This document shows positions 1 through 9,574 of a stretch of DNA of 64,000 nucleotides, one piece after another. The number at the start of each line of letters is the position of its first letter. The first letter of the stretch is position 1. The notes below the pieces were generated by a model. The model did no database searches. It had not been told where the DNA came from and worked only from the letters and a program-made list of their open reading frames with translations. The stretch covers positions 1,576-65,575 of the forward strand of contig CANGEC010000001.1 of NCBI GenBank assembly GCA_947452625.1, read 5' to 3'. This DNA is from Burkholderiaceae bacterium (GTDB lineage: Bacteria > Pseudomonadota > Gammaproteobacteria > Burkholderiales > Burkholderiaceae). The position numbers were made by a program, and so were the translations under genes.

Positions 1-745
1 CTTTAATTCCGGCCTCAGTAGTAGTGGGGACATTTGGTAACTCCGGCCAACGCTGGGTTCCCGTCTGAACAATAGCGCGTACTTGACCACTCTGAATTTC
101 AGCCATCACAGAGGCTAGGCTACCAACCAATATCTGTGTGCGTCCACCCATCAAATCAATCATTGCAGGTCCGGCGCCCTTATAGGGGATATGGGTCATG
201 TTGATATTTTCACGACTCTTAATCACCTCGCCAGCCAAATGCGGAGTGGTTCCCGTGCCAGGACTTCCAAAGCTAATTAATGTTCCATCGCTTTTAGCCA
301 GTTTAATAAGGTCTCCTACTGTTTTAATTTTGGAGTCCGCCCTCACCACAATCACATTAGGAGCTGCCCCAACCTCACATACCGGAATAAAGTCTTTTAA
401 TGGGTCATAAGGTGCAGGTTTTGCTAGGCTTGGGGTAACTACATAAACGCTAGAAGTAAATAACAAGGTATAGCCATTGGCTGGCTTAGAATTTTTGACG
501 TAATTTGCCGCTATCGCACCACCACCGCCAGGTCGATTTTCCACAATGATCTGTTGCCCCAACTGTTTGCCCAGGGCAATCGCCAACATTCTTCCACTGA
601 TATCCGATGCGCCTCCAGGAGCAAAGGCAATTTCCATTGAAATACTTTTATCCGGATAAGCCGCCCAAGAGGTGTTTTGCACAAAACCCAACAACAAAAA
701 GCATAGGATGCTGAGCATCCGTGTGAGGCGCAATTTCATCATCAT
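1..745 (-). CDS. Bug/TctC tripartite tricarboxylate transporter substrate-binding protein (3' end outside window; absent from ORF track)
   Basis: Manual reverse-strand translation MMMKLRLTR...SWAAYPDKSISMEIAFAPGGASDISGR...IIVENRPGGGGAIA...GYTLL; GGAG RBS upstream. Confidence 0.9.
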   Translation of the reverse strand, partial: MMMKLRLTRMLSILCFLLLGFVQNTSWAAYPDKSISMEIAFAPGGASDISGRMLAIALGKQLGQQIIVENRPGGGGAIAANYVKNSKPANGYTLLFTSSVYVVTPSLAKPAPYDPLKDFIPVCEVGAAPNVIVVRADSKIKTVGDLIKLAKSDGTLISFGSPGTGTTPHLAGEVIKSRENINMTHIPYKGAGPAMIDLMGGRTQILVGSLASVMAEIQSGQVRAIVQTGTQRWPELPNVPTTTEAGIK

Positions 746-828
746 TGTTATCCCTGTCTCCGTCTAAGCATGCCCATATGAGTCCTGCCTAGCGTTTTAT
801 TTTTTATTACCACTATTGCTTTATGATG

Positions 829-866
829 TTTGTTCATATACTTGAACTTGTTCATATTCTAAACAA
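829..866. promoter_or_regulatory. Putative tandem IclR (PcaU/PobR-type) operator between divergent genes
   Basis: GTTCA-N6-TGAAC (832-847) followed by TTGTT-N9-AACAA (848-866); TTGTTCATAT repeated at 830 and 848; adjacent to an IclR gene. Confidence 0.6.
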
Positions 867-914
867 TAGCAATATACTCGTCAATGAGTACATTCCTCAA
901 ATCAGGCCAATAGG

Positions 915-1676
915 ATGCAAGACACCTCAATTAAGTCAGCAGATCGGGTATTAGATGTTCTCGAACTGTTATGCCGCCGTGGAAATTCAGCTACCCACAG
1001 TGAAATTGCCTTTTCACTCGATATTCCCAAAAGCAGTCTGACCAATCTCCTACGTAACCTCACGAATCGAGGTTACTTAAAAAAAGATTTGAGCGATATG
1101 ACGTATGCCTTAGGGCCTGCATTTTTTTCATTAGCTGATAAGGGCAAGCAGGTTAAAAGCATCTTAAAGATTGCCAACACCCAGGTATTATGGCTAACTG
1201 AAAAAACCCGTGAAGCAGCTGCTTTCTATCTTTTTAAAAGCGATCACGTAGAAAGAGTGATTGGCAAGGAAGCAAATTATCCACTCAGCTATCGCATGAC
1301 ACCCGGCGTTAAGTTCCCACTTTACTCAGCCGCCGCCGGTAAGGCTGTTTTGCGAGCGCTTACGGAGGAAGAGCAAAAAACGTATTTCAAAAAAATGAAG
1401 ATTAAAGCGATTACCAAGAATACGGCAGCCACTGAACAAGAAATTCTCAAGCGACTACGCACCAGCTCCGATAGCGATCAGATAGTGATCTCTAATGGTG
1501 AAAGCTCGGTGGGAGTAATTGCTCTAGCTATCGCCATCCTCGATGAAGACAAGCACCCTATCGGGGCTATTAGCGTAGTGGTTCCAGAGGCTCGTTTTAA
1601 CAAATCACTTGATCAGCAATGTCGAATGAGTCTTAAAAATGCTGCCAGCAAAATTCAGCACGAACTTGTATTGTAA
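915..1676 (+). CDS. IclR family transcriptional regulator
   Basis: N-terminal SADRVLDVLE..HTH..IPKSSLTNLL; C-terminal effector domain with PLYSAAAGKA. Confidence 0.92.
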   Translation: MQDTSIKSADRVLDVLELLCRRGNSATHSEIAFSLDIPKSSLTNLLRNLTNRGYLKKDLSDMTYALGPAFFSLADKGKQVKSILKIANTQVLWLTEKTREAAAFYLFKSDHVERVIGKEANYPLSYRMTPGVKFPLYSAAAGKAVLRALTEEEQKTYFKKMKIKAITKNTAATEQEILKRLRTSSDSDQIVISNGESSVGVIALAIAILDEDKHPIGAISVVVPEARFNKSLDQQCRMSLKNAASKIQHELVL

Positions 1677-1733
1677 AAAGTATTACCCCATCATCAAAAT
1701 ATAAAAACCATAATTACCACAGGAGAAGAGATC

Positions 1734-2702
1734 ATGAAAGCGGCCTTATTAATACTTTGTAGCCTATTTACTTTTAGCCACTCTTGGGCTCAAGAGCCAT
1801 ATCCCAATAAGCCCATAACCTTTATCTTGGCAGTTGAGCCGGGATCAGATGGAGATGTTCTGGCAAGACCCCTCATGCAAAGGGTCTCCAAAATTATTGG
1901 GCAGCCCATCATGATCATGAATAAGCCTGGCGCAGGAAGCGTCATTGGATACAAGGAAATTCATACCGCAAAGCCGGATGGATATACATTGGGTTGGACT
2001 TCAGCAACGATCATTACCAATAAGTTGCAAGGTGTTTCAAACCTTGACTACAAGGACTTTACTCAGCTTGGCGCCTACGCCACGTTCTTCCCAATTTTGA
2101 TCGCCTCAACAACAAGTGACCTCAAATTCAATAACATGCAAGAGGTGATTAGCTACGGTAAAGCAAATCCCGGCAAGATCAATTTAGCCACTGCAGGCAT
2201 TGGTCAAAGCTGGTGGGTAGGTGCGCGAACCTTTTTAACCGGCACGAATTTGGATATGACAACCATTCCAGTCACTGGGGCAGGGGCAGCAGTAGCTGCT
2301 TTGGTTGCTGGTGGTCACGCCGAACTTGGGGTATCAGGCCTAGCCTCGGCTAGAAGCCTGCTTCAGGGTGGACAAGTGAAGTTTTTGGCTCCTATATCGG
2401 ACGGTAGAGCAAGTGCACCTTATGAAAAATATCCAACCCTACAAGAGCTTGGATATAACGCCAGTTGGGAGTCAACTAATGCGATTGTTGGTCCGCCCAA
2501 TATGCCTAAAAATGTTGTAGCCGTTCTTACCAAAGCCATTGAGCAGGCAGCCAATGATCCTGAATTTATCAAATTTGTAAATGATAGAGATGCACGTTGG
2601 GAATATTTACCACCAGAAAAAATTATCCCGAGTTTTGATAAACGTCGTACGGCCGTTAGAGAAATTATGCAAAAAGCGGGGCTATTAAAAGAAAACTCTT
2701 AA
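1734..2702 (+). CDS. Bug/TctC substrate-binding protein
   Basis: Signal peptide, YPNKPI, PGSDGDVLAR, NKPGAG, PDGYTL. Confidence 0.92.
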   Translation: MKAALLILCSLFTFSHSWAQEPYPNKPITFILAVEPGSDGDVLARPLMQRVSKIIGQPIMIMNKPGAGSVIGYKEIHTAKPDGYTLGWTSATIITNKLQGVSNLDYKDFTQLGAYATFFPILIASTTSDLKFNNMQEVISYGKANPGKINLATAGIGQSWWVGARTFLTGTNLDMTTIPVTGAGAAVAALVAGGHAELGVSGLASARSLLQGGQVKFLAPISDGRASAPYEKYPTLQELGYNASWESTNAIVGPPNMPKNVVAVLTKAIEQAANDPEFIKFVNDRDARWEYLPPEKIIPSFDKRRTAVREIMQKAGLLKENS

Positions 2703-4417
2703 TTCACAGTAGGATGCGATTGCAAAATCGCATCCGCCAACTTCTCTGCCAACATAATTGTTGGAATATTAGTATTGCCAGCAATCAAATTGGGCATGAT
2801 TGATGAGTCAGCAACTCTTAATCCATTTACCCCATATACCAAACCACTGCTATCGACTACAGCCTGAGGATCCGAGGCATTCCCCATCCGACAGGCGCCT
2901 ACTGGATGAAACATGCCCGCAACGTTAGCATGAATAAATTCAGAAAGCCTTGCCGAATCTGCTACTAATGCTTTTAGATCAACCCTATCTCCCGTCATAG
3001 TGCTTAACAAAAAGTCACTCCCAAATGGACAGGCATCTAAGAGCGCCGCTAACACAGAAGTCTTCAATACATTTTTCTGATTTAACTCATTGAGTAGTCT
3101 CAGCCGATCTGTAAATCGTACTGGAAATGGTATGCCAGATAAAGCAGAAACTCTACTGTCAGATAGCATATTTACCGCTTGCGCAAAGGCTATACCCAGA
3201 CGCTCAGTATCAATAGGATCATCTAAAAAACGAAACTCAATCTTAGGGTGTACATCTAAATCCGCACTTAAGAGCGAGACTTGCCCTCTTGAATTTGGTC
3301 GCAATAAACAAGGGGCTAGATTACCAATTTGCTGACCCAAAGGACTCCAAGAGGTTTTGCTCTGAATATTGATATACAAGTCACTCGGAGCAGTATTAGG
3401 CAAGCCCGAAGAAAAACGAAAACAGGCGCTAGGGTGAGTTCTTAACTGAGGAGACTGTCTAGCCTTACGTTTGAGATGCATCCCCAAGAACATAATTGGA
3501 TGATTTTGCAGATTACGTCCAACTCCAGGACGATTTGCGACAACATCAATGCCAAGATCTTGTAAATTTTTCGCATCACCAATACCGGAACGCATTAATA
3601 AAGTTGGTGAGAATATTCCACCACCCGAAACAATCACCTCATTGGCCCTAAACTCCGCAACACCATCACCCACCTTCACCTGCACCCCTACAGCACGACA
3701 CCCTTCAAACATAATCCGTCGGACCAACACTTGATTCATGATGGTTAAATTAGGGCGCTTTCGAGTATCAGCAGTTAAGTAACAAAGGGCGGTTGACGCT
3801 CTTCTATGCGGCGTATTGCACATCGGCACTGCACCAAAACCATCTCGAAAATCCCCGTTCATATCACTGATAAATGGAATTTGATGAGACTGCGCATAAG
3901 CACTTAGCGCTTGAGTTAAAGGTGGCCACTGCGCCTCAGGAATTCTTCTAATAGGAATTGGTCCATCATTACCATGTAATGAGCCCGTAAAATTAAAATC
4001 GTTCTCTAGTTTGCAAAAGTAAGGAAGAACATCATTCCAAGCCCAGCCCTTAGCGCCGCTCTCTTCCCATTGCGCATAATCGGCCGGAGTCCCCCTTAAA
4101 GAAACCATCCCCATTACGGAACCGCCACCACCCATGATGCGCCCCTGCGGAAAATGATTACTACCAAACTGTTCAGTACGCCAAGAAGCCTTGAGACCCG
4201 ACCACACATACTGCTTGTTGTAATAAGAAGTTGGATAGCTATCCAAAATATCAGCCGGTTCAGAGCCGGGAACAACATCATCGCCAGCCTCCAACAACAA
4301 CACGCTGAACTTGCCATTTTCTGTCAGGCGACTCGCCAACACGCAACCAGCAACGCCTGCGCCGACGATAATAAAGTCGAAAGCCTTTGAATGCGTAGGG
4401 GCAGATATTGTCATCAA
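2699..4417 (-). CDS. GMC oxidoreductase, HmfH/HMF-oxidase-like
   Basis: GAGVAG FAD motif, GRIMGGGGS, GVGRNLQNH, C-terminal FHPVGACRMG and NTNIPTIMLAEK; ILDSYP and GPIPIRRI segments recall HmfH. Confidence 0.88.
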   Translation of the reverse strand: MMTISAPTHSKAFDFIIVGAGVAGCVLASRLTENGKFSVLLLEAGDDVVPGSEPADILDSYPTSYYNKQYVWSGLKASWRTEQFGSNHFPQGRIMGGGGSVMGMVSLRGTPADYAQWEESGAKGWAWNDVLPYFCKLENDFNFTGSLHGNDGPIPIRRIPEAQWPPLTQALSAYAQSHQIPFISDMNGDFRDGFGAVPMCNTPHRRASTALCYLTADTRKRPNLTIMNQVLVRRIMFEGCRAVGVQVKVGDGVAEFRANEVIVSGGGIFSPTLLMRSGIGDAKNLQDLGIDVVANRPGVGRNLQNHPIMFLGMHLKRKARQSPQLRTHPSACFRFSSGLPNTAPSDLYINIQSKTSWSPLGQQIGNLAPCLLRPNSRGQVSLLSADLDVHPKIEFRFLDDPIDTERLGIAFAQAVNMLSDSRVSALSGIPFPVRFTDRLRLLNELNQKNVLKTSVLAALLDACPFGSDFLLSTMTGDRVDLKALVADSARLSEFIHANVAGMFHPVGACRMGNASDPQAVVDSSGLVYGVNGLRVADSSIMPNLIAGNTNIPTIMLAEKLADAILQSHPTVN

Positions 4418-4438
4418 TTTATTCAGCGCTGTAGAAAA

Positions 4439-5137
4439 TTAGCCTAAAGAACCCATACCATTTTTACAATACACCGCAGCATATTCCGGTTTACACAAAA
4501 ACTGAATCAACTCCTCAGCCAGTGTAGCCTTTGCAGAGCTTGAAAAGATACCCGCAGAAAATATGATCTCCATCTGGAGTGTAGGAGGAAGCGGTCCGAC
4601 ATATTCAACTCCCGGCATTCCCACCAGCTCACTCTCTAACTGCACACCAATTTCGGCTTTACCACTAGAAACTAAGCCTGCAATTCGGCCACCAGGCTGT
4701 GTAATCGCCTTTGCCTTTACAGCATCCTGAATATCAAGCTGTTCCAATAAATTCATAAAATAAATGCCACTTGCCCCCGCAGTTGTGTGTGCAACTGATT
4801 TTGCCAATTCTAAGGTTTTTCGAAATGAAACCTCGCTAGCAATATCCGGATGTTGTGCACCCGACTTCACAATGATGCCGACACCGGATTTTGCTAAATT
4901 GGTGAGGCTCTTTGCGATGACAATCCCTCGTTGCGCTAAAGCTTCTAGGGTATCCCTCGTTAGCACGATGGCATCGGCAGTCTCACCCGACTCTAGGCGC
5001 TCCAAAATAAGGGCGCTAGAGTCATAACTGACGCTTACTGAGCGATTGACCTGAGCTTCGTAAAGTGGCAACAGCTCTTGGAGCACTGCATTCATCCCCG
5101 TGGATGCAATCAACTTCAGACTAGATGACATTGGCAT
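4439..5137 (-). CDS. ModA-fold (SBP_bac_11-like) protein without signal peptide
   Basis: GETADAIVL, SGVGIIVKSGAQHPDI, GASGIYF, GKAEIGVQ..SEL..GPLP; no hydrophobic N-terminus. Confidence 0.75.
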   Translation of the reverse strand: MPMSSSLKLIASTGMNAVLQELLPLYEAQVNRSVSVSYDSSALILERLESGETADAIVLTRDTLEALAQRGIVIAKSLTNLAKSGVGIIVKSGAQHPDIASEVSFRKTLELAKSVAHTTAGASGIYFMNLLEQLDIQDAVKAKAITQPGGRIAGLVSSGKAEIGVQLESELVGMPGVEYVGPLPPTLQMEIIFSAGIFSSSAKATLAEELIQFLCKPEYAAVYCKNGMGSLG

Positions 5138-5328
5138 CCTATTTTTTTCGAGGGTTTAAGGTGAACTCAGCAAGGCCATTGTAAATTGAGCTTGTCCAAG
5201 TTTAAATAATATTATTTCGAGCTTCAATCACTTCCAAATGCTATGACAATCTCCAAGTGCTGTGCCAGATGTCTTATGATATTGGAATAAATCTAAGTTA
5301 TTTCCCTTAAGTTCTCGAAAGCATTCCT

Positions 5329-6138
5329 ATGAGCCATGTCATCAAAAAATCTTCTATTCCCACAACCTGGGGAAGCATTGCCATTGCCGAACAAGGCGAC
5401 CAGAGCGCGCCTGCCGTAATCTTGTCGCATTCCATTCTTGCCAGCAGCATGATGTGGGAGGAACAGCTAGCAGTACTTGCCAATGCAGGCTGGCGTGCTA
5501 TCGCAATCGATACACGTGGACACGGACAATCAAGCGCGACCACTCCACCCTACACCTTGGACGAACTTGGCCTAGACATCATTACCGCAATGGATCAATT
5601 GGGCTTGGCAAAAGCCCACTTTGTGGGACTGTCTCTTGGAGGCATGATTGGTTTTGGGCTGGGCATTCATCATGCAGATAGACTGGAAAGTCTTTGCATC
5701 TGTGATGCTCGTGCAGACGCACCGCCGCCGTTCTTCAATCAATGGAACGATCGTATGGAGATTGCCAAACGTGAGGGTTGCCAAGCACTAGCGCTCCCGA
5801 CCACAGAACGCTGGTTTGGTAAGGCTTTTTTAGAAACCCATCCAGAGATTGCAACACGCTTTCAGAAGACGATTTCAGAAACCAGCTTAAATGGCTACAT
5901 TGGTTGTGCACAAGCGATTCAACAATTGCCCTATCTTGAGCAACTAGGGAAGATTGCCGTGCGTACCACCTTAATCGTTGGCTCAAATGACGCCCCACTC
6001 CCAGAGACAATGAAGGATATTCAGAGCCGCATTCCAGGCGCAAATTTTGAGCTTATTCCCAATGCTGGTCACCTGCCTAATATCGATCAGGCCAGCGCCT
6101 TTAATGCTGCACTACTCCGACATTTAAACGCTCATTAA
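5329..6138 (+). CDS. Alpha/beta hydrolase, 3-oxoadipate enol-lactonase (PcaD)-like
   Basis: DTRGHGQS, GLSLGG nucleophile elbow, C-terminal AGHLPNIDQ. Confidence 0.85.
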   Translation: MSHVIKKSSIPTTWGSIAIAEQGDQSAPAVILSHSILASSMMWEEQLAVLANAGWRAIAIDTRGHGQSSATTPPYTLDELGLDIITAMDQLGLAKAHFVGLSLGGMIGFGLGIHHADRLESLCICDARADAPPPFFNQWNDRMEIAKREGCQALALPTTERWFGKAFLETHPEIATRFQKTISETSLNGYIGCAQAIQQLPYLEQLGKIAVRTTLIVGSNDAPLPETMKDIQSRIPGANFELIPNAGHLPNIDQASAFNAALLRHLNAH

Positions 6139-6145
6139 GTTGTCA

Positions 6146-7204
6146 CTATGCGCGATATACCGGTTTTGGTTGGCTAAAAAAGCCATCCAAAATATGGTAC
6201 GCAATCGCAACGTTTTTCTCTTGAAAGCTCGCGTGAGCAATACCCGGCATCACAGAAAATTGCTTATCTGGGCTAGGGATTTTTGCGAAGAAGTTTAATA
6301 AGTCCTGAAAGCCCGCAATACCATCAAATTGGCCACGCATAATTAAAGTGGGCATCACCATCTTCTCAGGATCTACCACCGGTAAATTGGCGGACATATC
6401 GTAATACGTGCCTGTTGGCATTGAAGAGTCTAAGGCAAGAATTGCATTTGCAAATGCATCCACCACCACTGGATCTGCCGTGCCAGCATGATCACGCGTA
6501 AAGACACTGCTGATCATCGCTTTATCTACTGGACGGCGATTGTGCGCTTCCCATTGCGCTAAACGTTTGCGACGCTCTGCCAATGTAGGACTACCCTCAC
6601 CGGTCCACACAAAAGCATCTAAGGCAATTCTGGCGACACGACTCGGAAATTTTTGCGCATAAGCAGCCGCGCGCAGTGAGCCAGACGAAATGCCATACAA
6701 CATCAAACTCTCTTGACCAGTAAGTCGCAAAATTTCTGGAATGACTGCTTCTAAATCTTGCACGCCATTGGCAATATTAAAGTTAATCTGACGAGTTTTA
6801 TCTGACCGACCATAGCCCTCGTGATCAATACACCAAGTGTCATAACCCAGTTTGGCAAAAGTATCCATAGCCGAGTACTCTGGCTTACCAGGAACCTGCA
6901 AATCAAAGGTTGGCGTGCCCGCCATTGAAGATCCGTGCACAAACAAGATAACGCCTTTATTGGTATTGCCGAGAATGCGTTTACGCCAAAGAAATAAGCG
7001 AATATCTTGCCCTTCAGCTTGTCGCTTTACCCAATACTCTTTGCCCTCAATAACGCCACTAGCAGAGTTATTTTTGGGGGTGCTTTGCGCAAACGACAGT
7101 TTTGCCACCAAAGCGCTTGGCGCCAAACTTAGCAGCGCTAAAGTACGTCGACGTAAGCGCGATAAGCTATCAGGGTCCTGCGCCTGGTGATCATTTGAGG
7201 ACAT
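6146..7204 (-). CDS. Alpha/beta hydrolase with probable Tat signal
   Basis: RLRRRTLALL..SFAQ leader; FVHGSS, DHEGYGRS, GISSG elbow, C-terminal GIAHAS. Confidence 0.8.
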   Translation of the reverse strand: MSSNDHQAQDPDSLSRLRRRTLALLSLAPSALVAKLSFAQSTPKNNSASGVIEGKEYWVKRQAEGQDIRLFLWRKRILGNTNKGVILFVHGSSMAGTPTFDLQVPGKPEYSAMDTFAKLGYDTWCIDHEGYGRSDKTRQINFNIANGVQDLEAVIPEILRLTGQESLMLYGISSGSLRAAAYAQKFPSRVARIALDAFVWTGEGSPTLAERRKRLAQWEAHNRRPVDKAMISSVFTRDHAGTADPVVVDAFANAILALDSSMPTGTYYDMSANLPVVDPEKMVMPTLIMRGQFDGIAGFQDLLNFFAKIPSPDKQFSVMPGIAHASFQEKNVAIAYHILDGFFSQPKPVYRA

Positions 7205-7230
7205 GTCTATTCCTTCGTTTCAAAATATGG

Positions 7231-8874
7231 TCACTGCAAAGGCTCTAGCTTCACAATGGCTGCGCCGTGGTTGCTGCCAACCCAAAAAATCGGCTCAGGA
7301 GTATCGTTTTGTACATAGACCCTACGGATATTGGTTGATTTAGGCAGCAAATACTCAATAAATTGATTGTCCCGTAAATTCAGACGTGCAATCTTATCGG
7401 TAGTCATCGAGCCCGTCCACACATAATCGTTTTGATCTTTAATGGCGTCATATGGCGCTGAATATGGCGTTGGTACGAGCCACTCTTTCACCTCACCTGT
7501 CTTGGTATCTAACATCCCAATCTTATGACCTCGATACTCTCCAACCCATAAGCGATCCTGATCATCCATAGTGCCGCGCCGTGGCGATGCTAACTTTGTA
7601 GGGAAACTATAAAAAGTAATTTCTCCGGTCTTGGCATCAATGCGTCCAATTTCTTGCTGCCTAAAGTCAGTGAAAAAGGCATTGTTTTTGGAGTCCGAAA
7701 TAACATCATAGATATTATGCTGTTCCTTAGAATTCTTAAACGGCGCCCAAGTCTCGACCTCCCCCGTCTTCGTATCAAAACGATGTACGCCAGCAAAGCC
7801 ACTATTTTGAGCCCAGACTTTTCCATCTACTTGACGGTTATAAGGGGCTACCTGATTTAACTGAGTTGACGGCAAATTATCTTTTGGGGGCGGTCGAAAA
7901 TACTCAAACTTCTCAGTAACGGGATCAAAACGTGCGATAGCGGCTTGATACATATTACCGATCCATAATTGACCCTCTCGATCCTCACGAATCGCCAGAA
8001 CGCCTTTTGGAAAATCAGGCTTGGAGATTTCAACCTCGTATTCTTTTAGTGCTCCGGTCTTAGGATCCATTTTGCCAATGATCTGTTCACCAAAACTCGA
8101 GTACCAAACGTCCCCAGTCTTACTCACAATCACATCGTGCGCCTGCAGCAGCGGCCTTGGCAATCCATATTCTGTGTAGATCACTTTAGTGGCATCGCCA
8201 GTAGGTCGCGGAAAGGTTTTTAATGGGTAGGTCCAGGTAGAGCGATTATGCAAATTAATTTGCGCTAAAAACTCACCCATCTCACGATAGATATTGACCC
8301 TGTCCTCGCCCTGCTCCTCCATCAAACGCGCACCTTTACGCATCTGTGGAGCGCCTGGCATGCTTTGATTAACGTAGCTTTGCATGCGCGGCAGCACGAT
8401 GGTTAAAAATTCTTCACTACTGTATTTAGATTTCACAACCCGCTCTAAGGTGTGACATGTTACACAAGTGAGTAATGAACGCTTCTCACGATCCGAGCCT
8501 GGCATACTCGCCATCCACTCCGCATTCGTTAACTGCCCAGAAATATCCTTTACCGTCTGCAAATCTAGGTTGGCAGTGCTGGCAATCCCACTTTTCAGTT
8601 CAATCGTTTTTTTCTGCGGCAACTCATAACCAATCGCGCGAATCGCTAACTCATAAGACCCTGGGGATAGACGAGATTGAGGAAACTGATATGCGCCGTT
8701 TTTATCAGTGACGACTGAAACGGTAATAGTCGATTGTGAGCGTTTAGCACTCACTACTACCCCCTCCATCAACCCTTCTTTCTGCGAACGCACCACACCC
8801 TGAAGGACAATCGGTTCAGATGCCGCACATATCAATGACGCCATCATCAAAGCAATTGCAAAAATGATCTTCAT
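7231..8874 (-). CDS. Exported protein: carboxypeptidase-regulatory-like Ig domain + CxxCH + Vgb-like beta-propeller
   Basis: Sec signal; VVTDKNGAYQF...PGSYEL; CVTCH at 8452-8466; repeated blades (GDVWYS..IGKMDPKTG, GQLWIG..IARFDPVT, DRLWVGE..IGMLDTKTG). Confidence 0.8.
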   Translation of the reverse strand: MKIIFAIALMMASLICAASEPIVLQGVVRSQKEGLMEGVVVSAKRSQSTITVSVVTDKNGAYQFPQSRLSPGSYELAIRAIGYELPQKKTIELKSGIASTANLDLQTVKDISGQLTNAEWMASMPGSDREKRSLLTCVTCHTLERVVKSKYSSEEFLTIVLPRMQSYVNQSMPGAPQMRKGARLMEEQGEDRVNIYREMGEFLAQINLHNRSTWTYPLKTFPRPTGDATKVIYTEYGLPRPLLQAHDVIVSKTGDVWYSSFGEQIIGKMDPKTGALKEYEVEISKPDFPKGVLAIREDREGQLWIGNMYQAAIARFDPVTEKFEYFRPPPKDNLPSTQLNQVAPYNRQVDGKVWAQNSGFAGVHRFDTKTGEVETWAPFKNSKEQHNIYDVISDSKNNAFFTDFRQQEIGRIDAKTGEITFYSFPTKLASPRRGTMDDQDRLWVGEYRGHKIGMLDTKTGEVKEWLVPTPYSAPYDAIKDQNDYVWTGSMTTDKIARLNLRDNQFIEYLLPKSTNIRRVYVQNDTPEPIFWVGSNHGAAIVKLEPLQ

Positions 8875-8881
8875 ATGATTC

Positions 8882-9214
8882 CTATGGCCTAAGTTGGGAA
8901 GACTGATCGAGATCGTCCTTAATCATTAAAGCAATCTCACCCACATTAGCCTGCGGGTTTTTTTGACATATTGCTTGCACGCGCTGCGGTAATTCTTTGG
9001 TAGATATTTTGGCAAAACTACCGGAAGGATTGCCAGTGAGCGATTGAATCTGGTAGAGACCCAAGAGATAACCCTCAACCATATAGACATATCCACTCGC
9101 ATTCTCTTTTAACCAAAGATCACAATGCAATCGATTCATTCGAGTGGGTGCTGCCGCATTAGCTGGAACTGCATATACCAGCCAACACAACAACCCTAAT
9201 AATGCCTTCAACAT
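8882..9214 (-). CDS. Small exported protein, HdeA/HdeB-like
   Basis: Signal peptide ending ANA-A; mature Cys pair RLHCDLW ... AICQKNPQAN in HdeA-like spacing. Confidence 0.5.
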   Translation of the reverse strand: MLKALLGLLCWLVYAVPANAAAPTRMNRLHCDLWLKENASGYVYMVEGYLLGLYQIQSLTGNPSGSFAKISTKELPQRVQAICQKNPQANVGEIALMIKDDLDQSSQLRP

Positions 9215-9226
9215 ATGGCTTGATCC

Positions 9227-9556
9227 TTATTGCGCCGGCGCACCTCTTAAAACCCAAGTGACCAAAACCTTGGCAGACTCATCGCTCAACTGAGGATGAG
9301 CCGGCATTGGGATACGACCCCAAGAACCAGAGCCGCCTTTTTTTACCTTCTGAGTCAGCATATCAACCGCACCGGGCTGGTCCTTATACTTTGCGGCAAT
9401 GTCCTGAAAGCCAGGGCCAACCAACTTGCCCTCAGCCTTGTGACATGCCATACAGCCACTTTGATTTGCTAAAGCGGCCGCCTCTTGATTGGATTGGGCA
9501 GCAGCATGACCCACCACACAGGCAAATAGCGTTGCTGAAACAATGATTTTTTTCAT
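9227..9556 (-). CDS. Class I cytochrome c (c551/c552)
   Basis: Signal peptide; CMACH; KLVGPGF; GGSGSWGRIPMPAHP distal Met motif. Confidence 0.93.
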   Translation of the reverse strand: MKKIIVSATLFACVVGHAAAQSNQEAAALANQSGCMACHKAEGKLVGPGFQDIAAKYKDQPGAVDMLTQKVKKGGSGSWGRIPMPAHPQLSDESAKVLVTWVLRGAPAQ

Positions 9557-9574
9557 TTCAAATATTTTTCAAAA

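Noticed and set aside
4439-5137. modA molybdate transporter
   Set aside because: No signal peptide and no modB/modC adjacent
7231-8874. Calling this virginiamycin B lyase (resistance gene) or cd1 nitrite reductase
   Set aside because: Only the propeller repeat resembles Vgb. The signal peptide, Ig domain and CxxCH do not fit Vgb, and there are no nir/heme d1 genes or recognisable NirS sequence
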